From Chrysomallon squamiferum (Eukaryota > Animalia > Mollusca), in assembly GCA_012295275.1 (NCBI GenBank), contig CM022671.1, positions 35,774,001 through 35,838,000 on the forward strand: a stretch of DNA of 64,000 bases, read 5' to 3'. Within the stretch, counting starts at the first letter, position 1. Each line of letters opens with the position of its first letter. Shown piece by piece: positions 13,779 through 28,347 of this stretch. The translations under genes and the position numbers were made by a program. The notes beneath the pieces are model-generated. The model did not search any database and was not told the DNA's origin. It saw only the letters and a list, made by a program, of their open reading frames with translations.

Positions 13779-14004
13779 CTTCGTGAGCAAGCATCACGAC
13801 CAGAAGGCTTACTTCAAGAAGTTCTCCTCGGTTGATGATGGGGCTCTGGCTTCCAATGCTGATCTTGCCAAGCAGGCGCTCGCCGTCATGAAGACTCTCA
13901 ACGAGTACATGAACGCCGTCGACGACGCCGGCAAACTGAAATCCATGACCACCAAAATGGCAGCTGACCACAAGAAGATGAACGTCACTGGTCCAAACTT
14001 CCAG
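13779..14004 (+). CDS. Globin A coding exon 2 (haem-binding core)
   Basis: Acceptor TTTTAG|C. Encodes FVSKHHDQKAYFKKF...LAKQALAVM...MAADHKKMNVTGPNFQ: Phe CD1, Gln E7, proximal His F8. Donor CAG|GTGAGT at G7.0. Length 226 nt, identical to globin C exon 2. Confidence 0.95.
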
Positions 14005-14264
14005 GTGAGTTGTCCGTCCGTGGGTCTGTAGTTATATTAAAATATACACTTTATACACACAATGTGTACGTACACATAGATACGTGTAAAAATACACACG
14101 TACACATACACACACACACACACATATATATATACATATACATTCACACATCTGCATATACAAATGTACACACAAATATACATAAACAAATGCTGATAGA
14201 CAATGTATAGAAATTTATAAAATTTATAAAACTAATGTTGTTGTTGTTGTTGTTGTTATTACAG

Positions 14265-14372
14265 AAACTTTTCGGCATCATCACCGATTATGCCGTCGCT
14301 GCTGGAGGTGACAAAGCTTCCTGGGAGGCTGCCCTCAAGACCATTGGTGACACGATCACCGCTCAGCAGTAA
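14265..14372 (+). CDS. Globin A coding exon 3
   Basis: Acceptor TTACAG|. Encodes KLFGIITDYAVAAGGDKASWEAALKTIGDTITAQQ then TAA. Contains the H-helix Trp. Confidence 0.93.
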   Translation, partial: KLFGIITDYAVAAGGDKASWEAALKTIGDTITAQQ

Positions 14373-14916
14373 CAACTGCAGCAACGTCTTTTAACAGTTC
14401 GATAATTCACACTGAAAATGGCGAACGGCGGTATCTGTGACGTGGACTATGTAACCATATTGTTATTATTCAAGCAGTGATTTCTGGACTTTACAAACTG
14501 GACTAAAATATGAATCTTTCTGGAAACTGTTTTTTGGATTTTTTGGAAAAACGTTTTTTTTAAAAAAAAAAAAAAAAAAAAGGAAGATCGTCTGATTCAC
14601 TGAAAATTATGGATTACTAATTGATGTGTTTTAATTGGAAAATTTGAAAAAGAAAGAATTTTAACATTTCGGACCTACATACAAACGGATTGTCAATGCT
14701 AGGGAAAAAAATAAATAGAAAAAAATGGAAACAACTACGATGCCGTCGTAGTATTATGAGAAGATTTAACATCATCGCCATCAGCTCAGCTTCAGTCCAA
14801 ATATCAAAACAAAGCCAAAACATTTATTAGCAAAACTAAATTACCTATTACACTTCTGGTGTGTTATATACCCTCTAACATGATTTAGATATAATGTTAA
14901 CTCGTTGCCTTTTGGA

Positions 14917-14922
14917 AATAAA
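14917..14922 (+). terminator. Probable poly(A) signal of globin A
   Basis: AATAAA about 22 nt after the conserved GATTTAGATATAAT block; globin B has ATTAAA at the equivalent position. Confidence 0.55.
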
Positions 14923-15094
14923 AAACAAAAAAAAAATATAGATATTTTTCTTTTCATTTTAAATTGTTACGTTATAGATCAGTAGACATATAGACATATA
15001 TTATTAATGTCAGAGAATGGGCTTTAATATTTAAAACAAAGTTTTTAAAATATAATTTAGTATGCATGTATATAATTATTATACATACACACTT

Positions 15095-15177
<83 letters not shown>

Positions 15178-15827
15178 ATGATACATTCAAACACCGCTGT
15201 TTATGCATTTTTATTTTGTTAAACTTTATTATAAAATAATAATTTCTGAGATTTGCTGTTTTTTCGAAACTTCGCTGAATACTTCATACAGAGATATATA
15301 AAATAATCTACAAATGTCTGTCACATAGTGATCCAGCCCTGCAGATCTGAATTTTAAATTTAACTTCTGTTACAGCAGGAATAGACCGTTCTGTTACGGC
15401 AGGAGTTTGTCGTTATAAGTTTGGTAGGAACAACCGTCAAGTAGTTAGTAGAACTGTTGTTATAGTTTTAACAGAAACGTCTTTAAATTTATAACAGAAT
15501 TAACGTGGTTAAAAACGATTTAGCAGAATTGTTTAAAAAAAACTTTCCTAGTGACGCAGCTTTATTCGTTTATCAGATAAAGTCGGAACAAAAAAAAAAA
15601 AAAAAAAAAAAGTCAGATAAAATAATAAAAAATTCACAAAAAAAACAAAAAAAAAAAAAAATAAATAAATAAATAAAAAAAATAATAATAATAACATGAA
15701 AAAAAAAATAAATAGAAAAGAAAAAAAAAAATTTAAAAAAATAAAAAATAAAATAATAATAAAATTAAAAAAAAGAAGAAAACGAAAAGAAAGAAAATTA
15801 GAAAACTTTGAACATCGGCCAGTAAAC

Positions 15828-15858
<31 letters not shown>

Positions 15859-15881
15859 GTAATAATAATAATAACAATAAT

Positions 15882-15914
<33 letters not shown>

Positions 15915-16100
15915 AATAAAGAAGAAGAAGAAGACGAAGAAGAAAACAGTAAAGAAAATAACGTGAATTAAAGACGAAACTACAAATCTAACGAACAGCA
16001 GTGATAAAAACGAAAGACCAAGAGAGAGATTCATACATGTTCGAAACATACAAATATGCACGATACAAAAACCCGAACATAAATAATAATACAAAAATAA

Positions 16101-16165
<65 letters not shown>

Positions 16166-17322
16166 TAATAAAATAAAATAAATTAAAATAAAATAAAATA
16201 AAATAAATAAATACATAAAATAAGTGTTTATTGAAATAAGTTAACTGCAGTCTGAAACTCTGACTCTGGATGACAGTTATCTTTTAGTTTAAATCTGCGA
16301 CGTGATGAGTAAAGATGAAACTGGAAGAGGGTTGACTGTTTTGTGCTGAGGAAATCGCACACCAGAGCACGTTATCCTGAAATCTGGTATGAGACCATAT
16401 AACCTTAACCTGAAATAAATTTACGAAAATAAGTCATCACGAAAAATGGGACTGCGAACATATCAAGTTTTTCCGGACGCGAACAAAAGTCCTGGTTTCA
16501 AATTCGCGTGACTAAATTTGAGATAATACTCCTTTTCTCATTTCCAGTATGCTAAATAATTTCAAAAATATGTGAAAATTATAAAAGGCAGCAGAATGTG
16601 TGACGTCATTCCGAGTTTGTATCACTCCCACTCGCAAAGCTCTTTTCAAATTGCAGTTGACAGACGATCATCTCTTTAATCTACTCAGGCGCCGCACTTG
16701 TTGCTGTTGCGTCGTCGCTGTTGTTGTTGTTGTTGTTATTATTGTAGTAGTATTAGTTGTAGTAGTAGCTGTAGTAGTAGTTCTAGTAGTAGCGGTGTAT
16801 AAAGGGGAAATAACTTTAAATTCACGTTGACGTAAAAGAAACAAAAAGTAAATGTAGTTAAATATCTCACATATATAACAAACAACATTTTGTTGTTGTT
16901 GTTATTTCGTTGTTATTATTATTATCTTTCTTTCTTTCTTTATTTATTTCTGTATTATTATTTTCTTAGCATTAACGTCAAACGATATACTTAAATGAAC
17001 ACTTTGAATTCAAAATTTTCTGTAGACATTAATAGTGAAAACACTAACTTCTTCTATAAAAAAAAACTTTACTTGGCAAATTAACAACAATTTAAAATGA
17101 ACTTATCTATTAAAACCGAAACTCAAACACGAAACACGAGCGCACGCACGCACGCACGCACCAACACACCCTCGCACACATATGATAAATACGTGCAAAC
17201 TTCGCGCAAACTTCGCGATATAAAACTTTCGTGTTTTTGTTTACATACAGTTTCTCTTTGTTTTTGTTTTCACAGGAAGTGCTTTAAGTTCGTCACAGAG
17301 TGCACGGATACCGGGACTTGTG

Positions 17323-17336
17323 GTTGCTATGGCAAC
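17323..17336. promoter_or_regulatory. RFX X-box motif
   Basis: GTTGCTATGGCAAC matches the GTHNYY-AT-RRNAAC consensus and lies in a CpG-rich unique island. Confidence 0.5.
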
Positions 17337-17613
17337 GCACGGCGGAAACATGTTATGGCCATCGGCGCGCCTTGAATTTAACGCGAAACCCACCGAGTTA
17401 AGTTACGTCAATTTTAATGCGGTCAAGTCCAGAGAACAGCGCGTTGCAGAAATTACACATCTTTCTTTGTAATCAGGTAAAACGCTCTGAAAGTTGCCCC
17501 CCCACCCCTCCACTAAAGATTAGATTATCTGAACTAACGTGACAGGCGTGCTGTGCGTGTCGAGAGCGCGTGGGAACTCTACGTCTGTTGTGTTTTGTTT
17601 ATTTGTTTATTTG

Positions 17614-17649
<36 letters not shown>

Positions 17650-18070
17650 TAGGAGTAACCTTTTCACTGTTCGTTGGTCAGTTGTGAAATACGTTCTGTC
17701 GTTTTTTTTTTTTGTAACATTTTGTTAAATATTTTCTTTCACTTTTTTCATCCTTAAAATAACAGTTTTTCTTTGGTAAGATTTTTTGAAAAAAAAAAAA
17801 TTTTTAAAGTTTTTCTGTAACAGTTTTAAAATAATTTATGTTCTGTCATACGGCGGGCGAAAAAATTTCAAGAATGTGTGTCTCTCACTTCCAACGGAAC
17901 ACTTTCAACACGTGTTTCCTCATTTGTGTGTAAAACACATTTCCAGATATCTTTATTTAGCATCCTTTCAGTTTTGAAAAAAAAAAAAATAAAAATTATG
18001 GATAAATAGGATTTATTGTTTGTCATATTGATGTATCAAACCGTGCTGTTTACTGGATCACTTTTCCTCA

Positions 18071-18513
<443 letters not shown>

Positions 18514-18679
18514 CGAACAGTTTTATCTGACATTCTTTTCTTCCACACGTCCTCCCTCACTTCTGCAAGCTGTGAAGCGTGTGTTGTGTTGGAATTTCTC
18601 TGGAATGCTTTGTTCCGCCGCACTTTCATCTCCTTAACTTGCATCAGACGAATGTTTGTCACTTTTTTAAAAACAAGTT

Positions 18680-18715
<36 letters not shown>

Positions 18716-21199
18716 AGTAAAGAAAAAAGAAATGTGACTATTTATTATGTCACGAGCTATGAATACTTCCGCCATTCATAAACTTTCGTCACTAAGTCAA
18801 AATCTGTGAAAAGACGTGTAACCATGGTGACAGACGTGTAACCATGGTGACAGACGTCATTTAAATATTTCTTTAACACATCATGTCGGAAATTGATTTT
18901 TAAAATTTTTATTTTTATTTTTTTATTTTTTTATTTTTTTATTTTTTTTTTTTGTTTGTTGTTGCATATGTTGCAGTTTCAAAATGTTTTTGAATAGTAT
19001 TTTTCTATGTATGTATGTTCGAATGTATGAATGTATGTATGTATGTATGTATGTATCTATGCATGTATGAATGCATAGATATATGTATGAATGAATGTAT
19101 GTATGTATGTATATATGTATGCATGTGTATGTAATTACGTAAGTGCGTGTGTATGTATATGCGTGTGCATGTTATATACATGTTTTTTGTATGCATGTCT
19201 TCTGTTTGTCTTTATGTCTGTATGTGTATGCATGTACGCATGCACGTTTGTGTGTACATTTAGCACGTGCATTGACTAAATGATTACAACTGAGAGTTCT
19301 ATCAAGTGTTGTTATGACGAGCGTTTCTCTTGTATCAGATGACGTGACAAAGTTGTTGAAACGTCAGTTAAGAATTTTTAATTTTAAATTAAAATTGTTT
19401 ATGAAAACAAAAATTAATTAAAGAAAGAGGAAATTATTTTATGAGGTTGAGTTTAGTAAATAAAACAAGTATGATGCGTTATTTACCAAAAAAAAATTAA
19501 AAATAATTCACAGTAAATCTGTACTTAGTAATGTAAAACCGCTCTCAAAAAATTAATTTTACAACAATTACTGCTACTTATGTCACTATTACTACTGCTG
19601 CTGCTACTACTACTAGTACTACAACTACTTCTACTGCTCCTACTACTGCAACTACTACAATTACTACTAATGCTATAGTTATTTTAATTTTTTTTTTTTT
19701 TATTTTTATAGAAATAGATAATTAAAAATAAACAGAAAAACTGTACTCAGTTACCATTCTGTCAGTTAAGTCTTGTCTCTTCTAACAGGCAAAGAAATAA
19801 AACAACAATAAAAATAAAAATAAACTAAATCGTATCATAAGAAACAAACCAATCAAAACTTCCAGCCCCGCCCCAACCAAAAATAGGAAAAGATATAACA
19901 ACAACAACAATGAAAAATCTCAATAAATCAATAAAATAAAAACTATCACATTTACATTTTGATAAATTAAATGTTAATACACATAAAAAAACAACAAAAA
20001 AAAAACAACAACAACACAGAAACCAAACACCACTGTCCTGTTTACAGTCTTTGTAAAGGTTTCTGTCGGCAGAATTTACTGAAAAAGAAAATGCTTTATA
20101 TCATGTAAAAGAGACATATTTTAAAAAATGTCCTTGATGACTTCACACATTTCGCAAACCACTGCGTTACAACAAGAAAACCGTGCATGTCACGTGGGGG
20201 CATAACCCCCCCCTCTCTTACAGTCCTCCCTTTGATTCTCCGTCCTATCTCTTGCACAACTCGGGGTATAAAGTATCTGCAGAGTTTTTTTAAAATATAA
20301 ATTTATGTCTTACTGGGTGTGTGTGTGTTTTTTGACAGTGCAGTTTGACATTTTTAACTCGGTTTCAGGTTGCGACTTTGAAATGTTCTTTTCAAAACGT
20401 TTTTAGTTCATAAAACAGAAAACTCATTATTTCTGTAAGATCTGCTAGACACGACAACCAAGAGATCCAAAAATAAAAAATAAAAAATTTAAATTTAAAA
20501 ATTAACTTGTTCTTAACTAACACGATGCACTACATGACTGTGTCGTGTTACCCAACACGTTTTACGTTTTATTTAAAGTTTACCGAATGTGAAGCATAAA
20601 AAAATAAACATATAATGATTGGTCTGTTTCTGAATTAATGAATATTAAGAACAGTTGTTTCTGTTTTTATTTATTTATTTATTTATTCATTCATTCATTC
20701 ATTCATTAACATTTTTTTTTCATCAGAATTTATAAATATTATATTTCTCACAAACAAATGCGAACATCAAACTTAAATATCCATTAACTTAATATTTTTG
20801 ATATGCTCAGCAAAATTATATATTCGTAAATAATGGGTCACGCAAGCGAGCTAGTAACAACTACGGGAACGATACGTACATCACGTTGCTGTCGACTCCC
20901 ACGGTCAACTTTGTTTTTCTTGGTTATTCGTACGTCCTGTAATTTTTTCTTCGGAATTACTCTTAATAAAATAATCGTCTGTGCATTTACAGCGTGAACT
21001 TTGTCAGCTTGTTAAACTAACTACGCCAAATCGCGCGAGAAGACGAAAGGTCACAAATGTCATCCGTCAATCCGTTAATCCGTCCACATCATCAGTCAGT
21101 CATAATTGTACGTCGTACAGTTGTTTTGTACTTATGCTGTCGTAGTTGCAGTTGTACGAGAAACCTAATATTTATCAGTTCTCAGATCAGAAATTCGTC

Positions 21200-21266
21200 G
21201 TGCTAGTGGTGATAGTAGAAGTAATAGTAGTTCTGGTAGTAATCGTGCTAGAAGTAGTGTTAGTGT

Positions 21267-21302
<36 letters not shown>

Positions 21303-21695
21303 CAGTGGTAGTACATGCAGTAATATATGCAGTAGAAGACGTCGTAAATTTAGTAGTGTTAGTAGTACTGGTACATGTAGTAAAATCAATAGTAGTAGAA
21401 GAAGTAACTGAAGTAGTGTTAGTAGTAGTAGTAGAAGTAGTAACTGAAGTAGTGTTAGTAGTAGTAGTAGAAGTAGTAACTGAAGTAGTGTTAGTAGTAG
21501 TAGTAAATATAGTAAAAACAGTAGTAGTAGTAGTAGCATGAAATAACTGACGTTGTATTAGTAGTAGTAGTAAATATAGCAAAAGCAGTAGTAGCATTGG
21601 TAGAAGTAATAACTGAAGTGGTGGTAGTAGTAGTCGAAGGAATTGAAGAAATAGTAGAAACAGCAGTAGTAGCAGCAGCGTAGAAGTAGTAGTCT
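21200..21695. repeat. Degenerate (GTA)n tract with a 33-bp unit repeated about 3 times
   Basis: Unit GTAGTAGTAGAAGTAGTAACTGAAGTAGTGTTA at about 21390-21500. Confidence 0.8.
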
Positions 21696-22502
21696 GAGCG
21701 AAAATTAAACAAACAGAACAAAAATTCCTCAAACAAAAACAAGACATCAAAAAGACAGTAAATTCCGCCCTCTACAAAAACAAAAAAACACAAAAAAGAA
21801 AACAGGGGTGGGGGGATATACTGTGTGTCTGTCTGTGTGTGTGTTATTGTATTTAGAAACACAACAAACTGGCTGAACACGGTTACAATAACAAAACAAG
21901 AGAAGGAAGAACAGAACTCTGGTTCTAGACGAGTTCCAGGGAAAAAACTCGCAAAACGAGACGTTCTGTTAGTCGAAGGACGTCACGCCTTGTTTCAGTT
22001 GTTGTGTAAATGCACGTGTTCATTCTTCATTTTTTTTTTTGAAAAGGTTAAATCGGGTTAATCGCCAGCACCTGACTGCGGGTGTACGTTTAGAAGTGGA
22101 ACTGGCACTTTTGTTTCAAATCACTGAAAACTGGGCTACGCGTTTTTCTCTTTACTGCACAATACTGCTGACTGGTGATTTCTGCTTGTGCGTATTCTGC
22201 AGAAGAATTCTGAGCGTGAAGAATGCTATTCTTTTATTTCCAGCCCCAGGGCTTTGGACCACGCCGAGGTTTTTCAGACAATTGAACGATAGTGTTTCCA
22301 GTAAGAAAATCCTTTGTCGAACTGACCTGGCTTTGTTTAAAGACGAACAATTTTTGTCCTAAAACAATGAGGGTTACACTGTGCCAGATGAGAAACACAG
22401 CGAGAAAGAAATCCAAGATTTGTTATTGTTACCTTTAGACAGGAGATTGAGGATGTAGATATGGCTAAATGAAATGTTGGCTGAAGAAAAGAGATAAGAG
22501 AG

Positions 22503-22636
<134 letters not shown>

Positions 22637-23509
22637 ATAGTACAACCAAAAGTAGTTTTTTGAGACATCTTCCTTCCTAAAATCCTTCAACAGTAAATAA
22701 ATATGTTGCACAGGACTGTAATTTCAGTCTAGTTTAATATTGATCAACAACGTCAACCTATATTTTAAAAACCTAAGCTAGCAGTGTACACGTTTATATA
22801 TATATATATATATACATTTATCTTATTATTTACATTGGTACACTACATCCTTAATCTGTCCATTCTTGCTGCACACCTGGCTCCCACATTGGGATCCTCA
22901 GAAAGGGAAACGGAGAAAGGTTTCGTGGAAGTCAAGCGCTGGAAAACTACGTTGGAGTGAGAAACCGTCAACAGATGCGCTGGGCTGTAACCTTCAAAAT
23001 TTTCCACATTTCGCGTATAAACCGTAAACTCGCTGGCCTCGCCATTATGTCCAATTACACAGGGCTGGCACGTACGCCAGGGTGGGTGATAGAGGCCACT
23101 CCACGCCTTGGCAAAGTCGTGAACTTCAAACACCATCAAATACTTACAGAAAATAAAAAAATAAGAAACAAAGATGCAAAGCTGGGAAAAGAAACGAGAA
23201 CGTAAAAGAAAGAAAGAAAGAAAGAAAGAAACTAGGTTAAAGATGAAGACAGAACGAACGAATGAAACAAAAGAAAAACAAAAATGAACTGTTGCAATTA
23301 AGAACAGAAACGGCAGTGAAAAAAAGATGATAAATGGACAACATGGGTTATTGTTTGTCAGTTAAAGAAAACATTAAAACTGAACTGACTGTGAATGTCT
23401 GAGTAAAAGAAACAAGGTGTAGACTGGTAGCACTCTGCAGAGTGATGAAGTATCATCTAGAGAGAAATAAACAAACCGAAACAAAACCTAAACAGCGAGA
23501 TGAAAAGTG

Positions 23510-23580
<71 letters not shown>

Positions 23581-24309
23581 TGTTTAGAGATTATGAGGTA
23601 CAAAGTTTGGCGAGAGAAACATCATGGACAAATAGTTATGTCACGTGATATTTTAAAAAAATAAATATAAATTAATAAAATAAAAAGAGTATAAAACGAT
23701 AATATTAACAATATTAACTTACAGTCAGTCACCTTACTGTGTAAGTTAAAAGACAAATTATCAGAAAGTAGTGTATCATGAAAACAGTGTGAAACAGAAT
23801 CTTTATCTTGCACGTTAGTCTTTGAGCTCAGAGTAACAGAAATCTACTGCAGAAGTATGTGAGGACGTACTAATGAAAGTCTACATCTTTAAAGAGGATG
23901 TAGTGACAGATGTAGATTTTAATTAGTTTTCAAGTACGGATGAAAGATGTAGATTTTGAGCAGTCTAAAGGTAATGAGGACGTACTTAGAGATGTAGACT
24001 TCAATTAGTCTACTTGATGTGTAGACCTTTGTTTGATAGGTTTACTGTTTACGTTATTTTACCGGTTCTTTCAGATTTGGTTATCTTTGGTCGTCTTGTG
24101 TAGGTTTGACTAAAACAGCTATTCCAGGTTTTAACTGCTCTCTTCTCCGAGAAAAGCTCGAGCGTTATTTTATCTGTGCCATGTGGAACCTTTTATTGTT
24201 GTTGTTGATACTAACATCTCTGCTTTGAAGCTGAACACGCCGAATGTCCGTACGTCCCTGCAGAACTATGTTTAGACAGGACAGAGGTCATCTGGAGGTC
24301 AAATCGCTA

Positions 24310-24350
<41 letters not shown>

Positions 24351-24514
24351 TTGGACAGTGCATGTTAACACTGATGTGTATTAAATTCAGCTACTACCAC
24401 GATGAAAACATCATTGCTGTTGTTGCTGCTAGTTTTACCACTACTGCTACTATTACTATTACTACTACAAGTTTGCTGCTGTTTCTACTACTACTGTTAC
24501 TTCTGCTACAGCTA

Positions 24515-25889
24515 CTACAACTACTAGTACTACTATTGTTGATACCAATCCTTCTGCTACTACTATTACAACTACAACAACTACTACTACTTTTACTACT
24601 ACAACTACTATTACTGCTAGTATTACCACCACCACAACCACCAATCCCACTGTTGTTATTATCATTATTAGTATGACTACTATTACTACTACTATTAGTA
24701 CTAGTACTACTACTACTACTGCTTACGATCACATACGACTAGTGCTAGTAGTACTGTCACTATCATCATCACAATCTAGAACAACAAAATTTCAAAAAGG
24801 AAAGTAGAAGAAAAGAGAGACACAAAAATAAAAACAATAAAAAATAAAGACACAGTACGGACGAGATTACAGCAGTAATGACGACATGACGGTACTGATA
24901 AGGTTCATTAGGACCAAACACGTGTTTTTATCAAACAGTGTACGTGTCGACAGTAACTGTCGACATCTGTGCATGTCAAATATTTAATCTGTGAATCACG
25001 TGTAAAAGTGTATGGATTATACAATTTATGTGAATGTTGAGTTTTGTTTTGTTTTTGTTATTTTTTTCCTGACTGACTGTTGTCACATGTCACCCACTGT
25101 GTGTGGTTTTTTCTTTGTTGTGTTGATGGATGCGTGGGTTTATGTTTGTACATACGCATGTGTGTATGTTTGTATAACTGTGTATGTGTTGTATATGTAT
25201 GTAAGTATCTGTCAATCGTCTAACAGAATATACACAAACAGAGGTATAAAATTAAATTATAAATAATGTATGTATCTTAATGATGTACATAACACGAAGC
25301 TATAAAACACACGCCTATATCTTAATTACTGGAAAATTCAATAAAGTGAACTCAGTTCTCAGTGAGGTAAAACAGAAATAATGAACCCAGACTTAGTTGC
25401 TTTGTGACAGTTTTATCAATACCAGCCTTGATTCAATAAAATTTGTTAATGACCGCTGCTATAAGGAAGTCTGTATATATTATAAATTCAGTTTTAAAAT
25501 TATGAGAGGAAACCCGCTGTCGCTACTGCACCGATTACTGTAGCTGTACTTGTAATCAGAAAATTCATTTCCCGTATGAAACACGCATAAACATCTTTCA
25601 TAAAATAATAACGGAGTTTAGCGTGAAATTAATGGCCGGTCACGTGACCTGATATCACGACCAGCGCGTTTATCTTGTAACTTGAGTTGTTTACAATTCA
25701 TGTTCTTATTGTTATCACTATTGTTGTTTTTATTGTCAATATTGCTGATGTTGTAGTAGTTATCATTGTTGCCGTTGATACTGTCGTTGTAGTCCTGGCT
25801 TTTGTCTATTATGTTTACTACAACAACAACTACTACAACTACTACTACTACTACTCTACCGATTTTGCTATCGCTTTTATAATCGTGAC

Positions 25890-25957
<68 letters not shown>

Positions 25958-28316
25958 TTAATCATCATAAAAAATGACATCACAGTACTGATAGAAATAA
26001 GAGAATATATAATACATGTGTTAAATAATACTGTGATGAATTTAAGTAGATATTAAAATGTACTCCCTGTAAATTATTAAATATGATGAAACTGTTTACT
26101 GCAGACATATTATAATTGATTATAGTATAATGTGACGTCATGATTAATAAGACAGATATGAAATTTTAATTATAATTTAATTTAATTGAATTTTTTTTAG
26201 AATTTAAGTGGTACGTTCTTCAGTTTGTTTGTAAATATATTTGTACATCATGTTACACGTGAGAATACGTGAGTTTTACAAAGATCTGTATTTTTATTTT
26301 TACTGAAACCAGTAACACCGAACTTCATATCTACAACTACTAGTACTACTATTGTTGATACCAATCCTTCTGCTACTACTATTACAACTACAACAACTAC
26401 TACTACTTTTACTACTACAACTACTATTACTGCTAGTATTACCACCACCACAACCACCAATCCCACTGTTGTTATTATCATTATTAGTATGACTACTATT
26501 ACTACTACTATTAGTACTAGTACTACTACTACTACTGCTTACGATCACATACGACTAGTGCTAGTAGTACTGTCACTATCATCATCACAATCTAGAACAA
26601 CAAAATTTCAAAAAGGAAAGTAGAAGAAAAGAGAGACACAAAAATAAAAAAAATAAAAAATAAAGACACAGCATGGACGAGATTACAGCAGTAATGACGA
26701 CATGACGGTACTGATAAGGTTCATAAGGACCAAACACGTGTTTTTATCAAACAGTGTACGTGTCGACAGTAACTGTCGACATCTGTGCATGTCAAATATT
26801 TAATCTGTGAATCACGTGTAAAAGTGTATGGATTATACAATTTATGTGAATGTTGAGTTTTGTTTTGTTTTTGTTATTTTTTTCCTAACTGACTGTTGTC
26901 ACATGTCACCCACTGTGTGTGGTTTTTTCTTTGTTGTGTTGATGGATGCGTGAGTTTATGTTTGTACATACGCATGTGTGTATGTTTGTATAACTGTGTA
27001 TGTGTTGTATATGTATGTATGTATGTATGTAAGTATCTGCCAATCGTCTAACAGAGTATACACAAACAGAGGTATAAAATTAAATTATAAATAATGTATA
27101 TATCTTAATGGTTTACATAACACGAAGCTATAAAACACACGCCTATATCTTAATTACTGGAAAATTCAATAAAGTGAACTCAGTTCTCAGTGAGGTAAAA
27201 CAGAAATAATGAACCCAGACTTAGTTGCTTTGTGACAGTTTTATTAATACCAGCCTTGATTCAATAAAATTTGTTAATGACCGCTGCTATAAGGAAGTCT
27301 GTATATATTATAAATTCAGTTTTAAAATTATGAGAGGAAACCCGGTGTCGCTACTGCACCGATTACTGTAGCTGTACTTGTAATCAGAAAATTCATTTCC
27401 CGTATAAAACACGCATAAACATCTTTCATAAAATAATAACGGAGTTTAGTGTGGAATGGGAAAAAAAACGAATCGTTCCAGTTCGGAGAATTGAACCTGC
27501 AGCTAATCAGAGTGATAATCCGTAACTGGAAAAAGTCGTTTTAAGTGTGTTTAGCTCTAAATAGTCTACCTGAGTGTAGATTATCTTGTAGGTAGATTAC
27601 ATAAATAGATGTGCAGATTCCTGAACTGAAGATGTGCAGCTGAATGTTTGCACCTGGTTTCAATTTATCTACGTTATTACCTCTGCCGGAACAGACTTTG
27701 ACTTTTTCTTAATATTTTTTTTTTCTTCTTTTACTTTTAAATTTTTTTTTCATTAGGATCAAAAAAAAAAAAAAAAAAAAAAATGAAGAGAAAAACTAGA
27801 AGAAGAAGAAGAAGAAGAAAAGTGAACACGATGAAGAGATGGAGCTGATAATTATCTGACTTTTGTACAATCGATCCCATTCACTAAAGAATTGATGGTA
27901 TCGCCCGTTCTAACCAGGTCTCCGTGGCCGATTTAGCAAGAACTGTTAAAAGAATTTTACTGGAATGGATAATATAAAAAAATAATTTTAAATTTAAAAC
28001 ATGTAACTGGTTTTCCTCTGAGAAAGAAAGACACAATTTTCCAGTGAATTATCCGATGGTGATAAAACAAAAATAATCGGCGTTCGTGAAAAAAACCCTG
28101 ATAATTTATATTCTTATTTTATTACAAAATAATGAACTGTCACGAAAATGCATAAAACACATACAAAAATTACTGTCAGGAGAAACAATAAACAACAATT
28201 TTTTTTTTTTTTTTTTCATGAAACGCAAATCGTGCATGACAGATTTGCTGATATAAATAACAACGAAGAACAAACACACATGTAACACTGACGTAACACG
28301 CAGATAAACACAGCGG

Positions 28317-28347
<31 letters not shown>

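Noticed and set aside
14734-14752. 7-bp hairpin ACTACGA-TGCCG-TCGTAGT in the globin A 3'UTR
   Set aside because: Only GATGCCG is shared with globin B and the stem is not conserved; it could be chance.
21146-21750. Val-rich and Thr-rich ORFs with an 11-aa repeat
   Set aside because: Degenerate GTA repeat open on both strands; no splice or start support.
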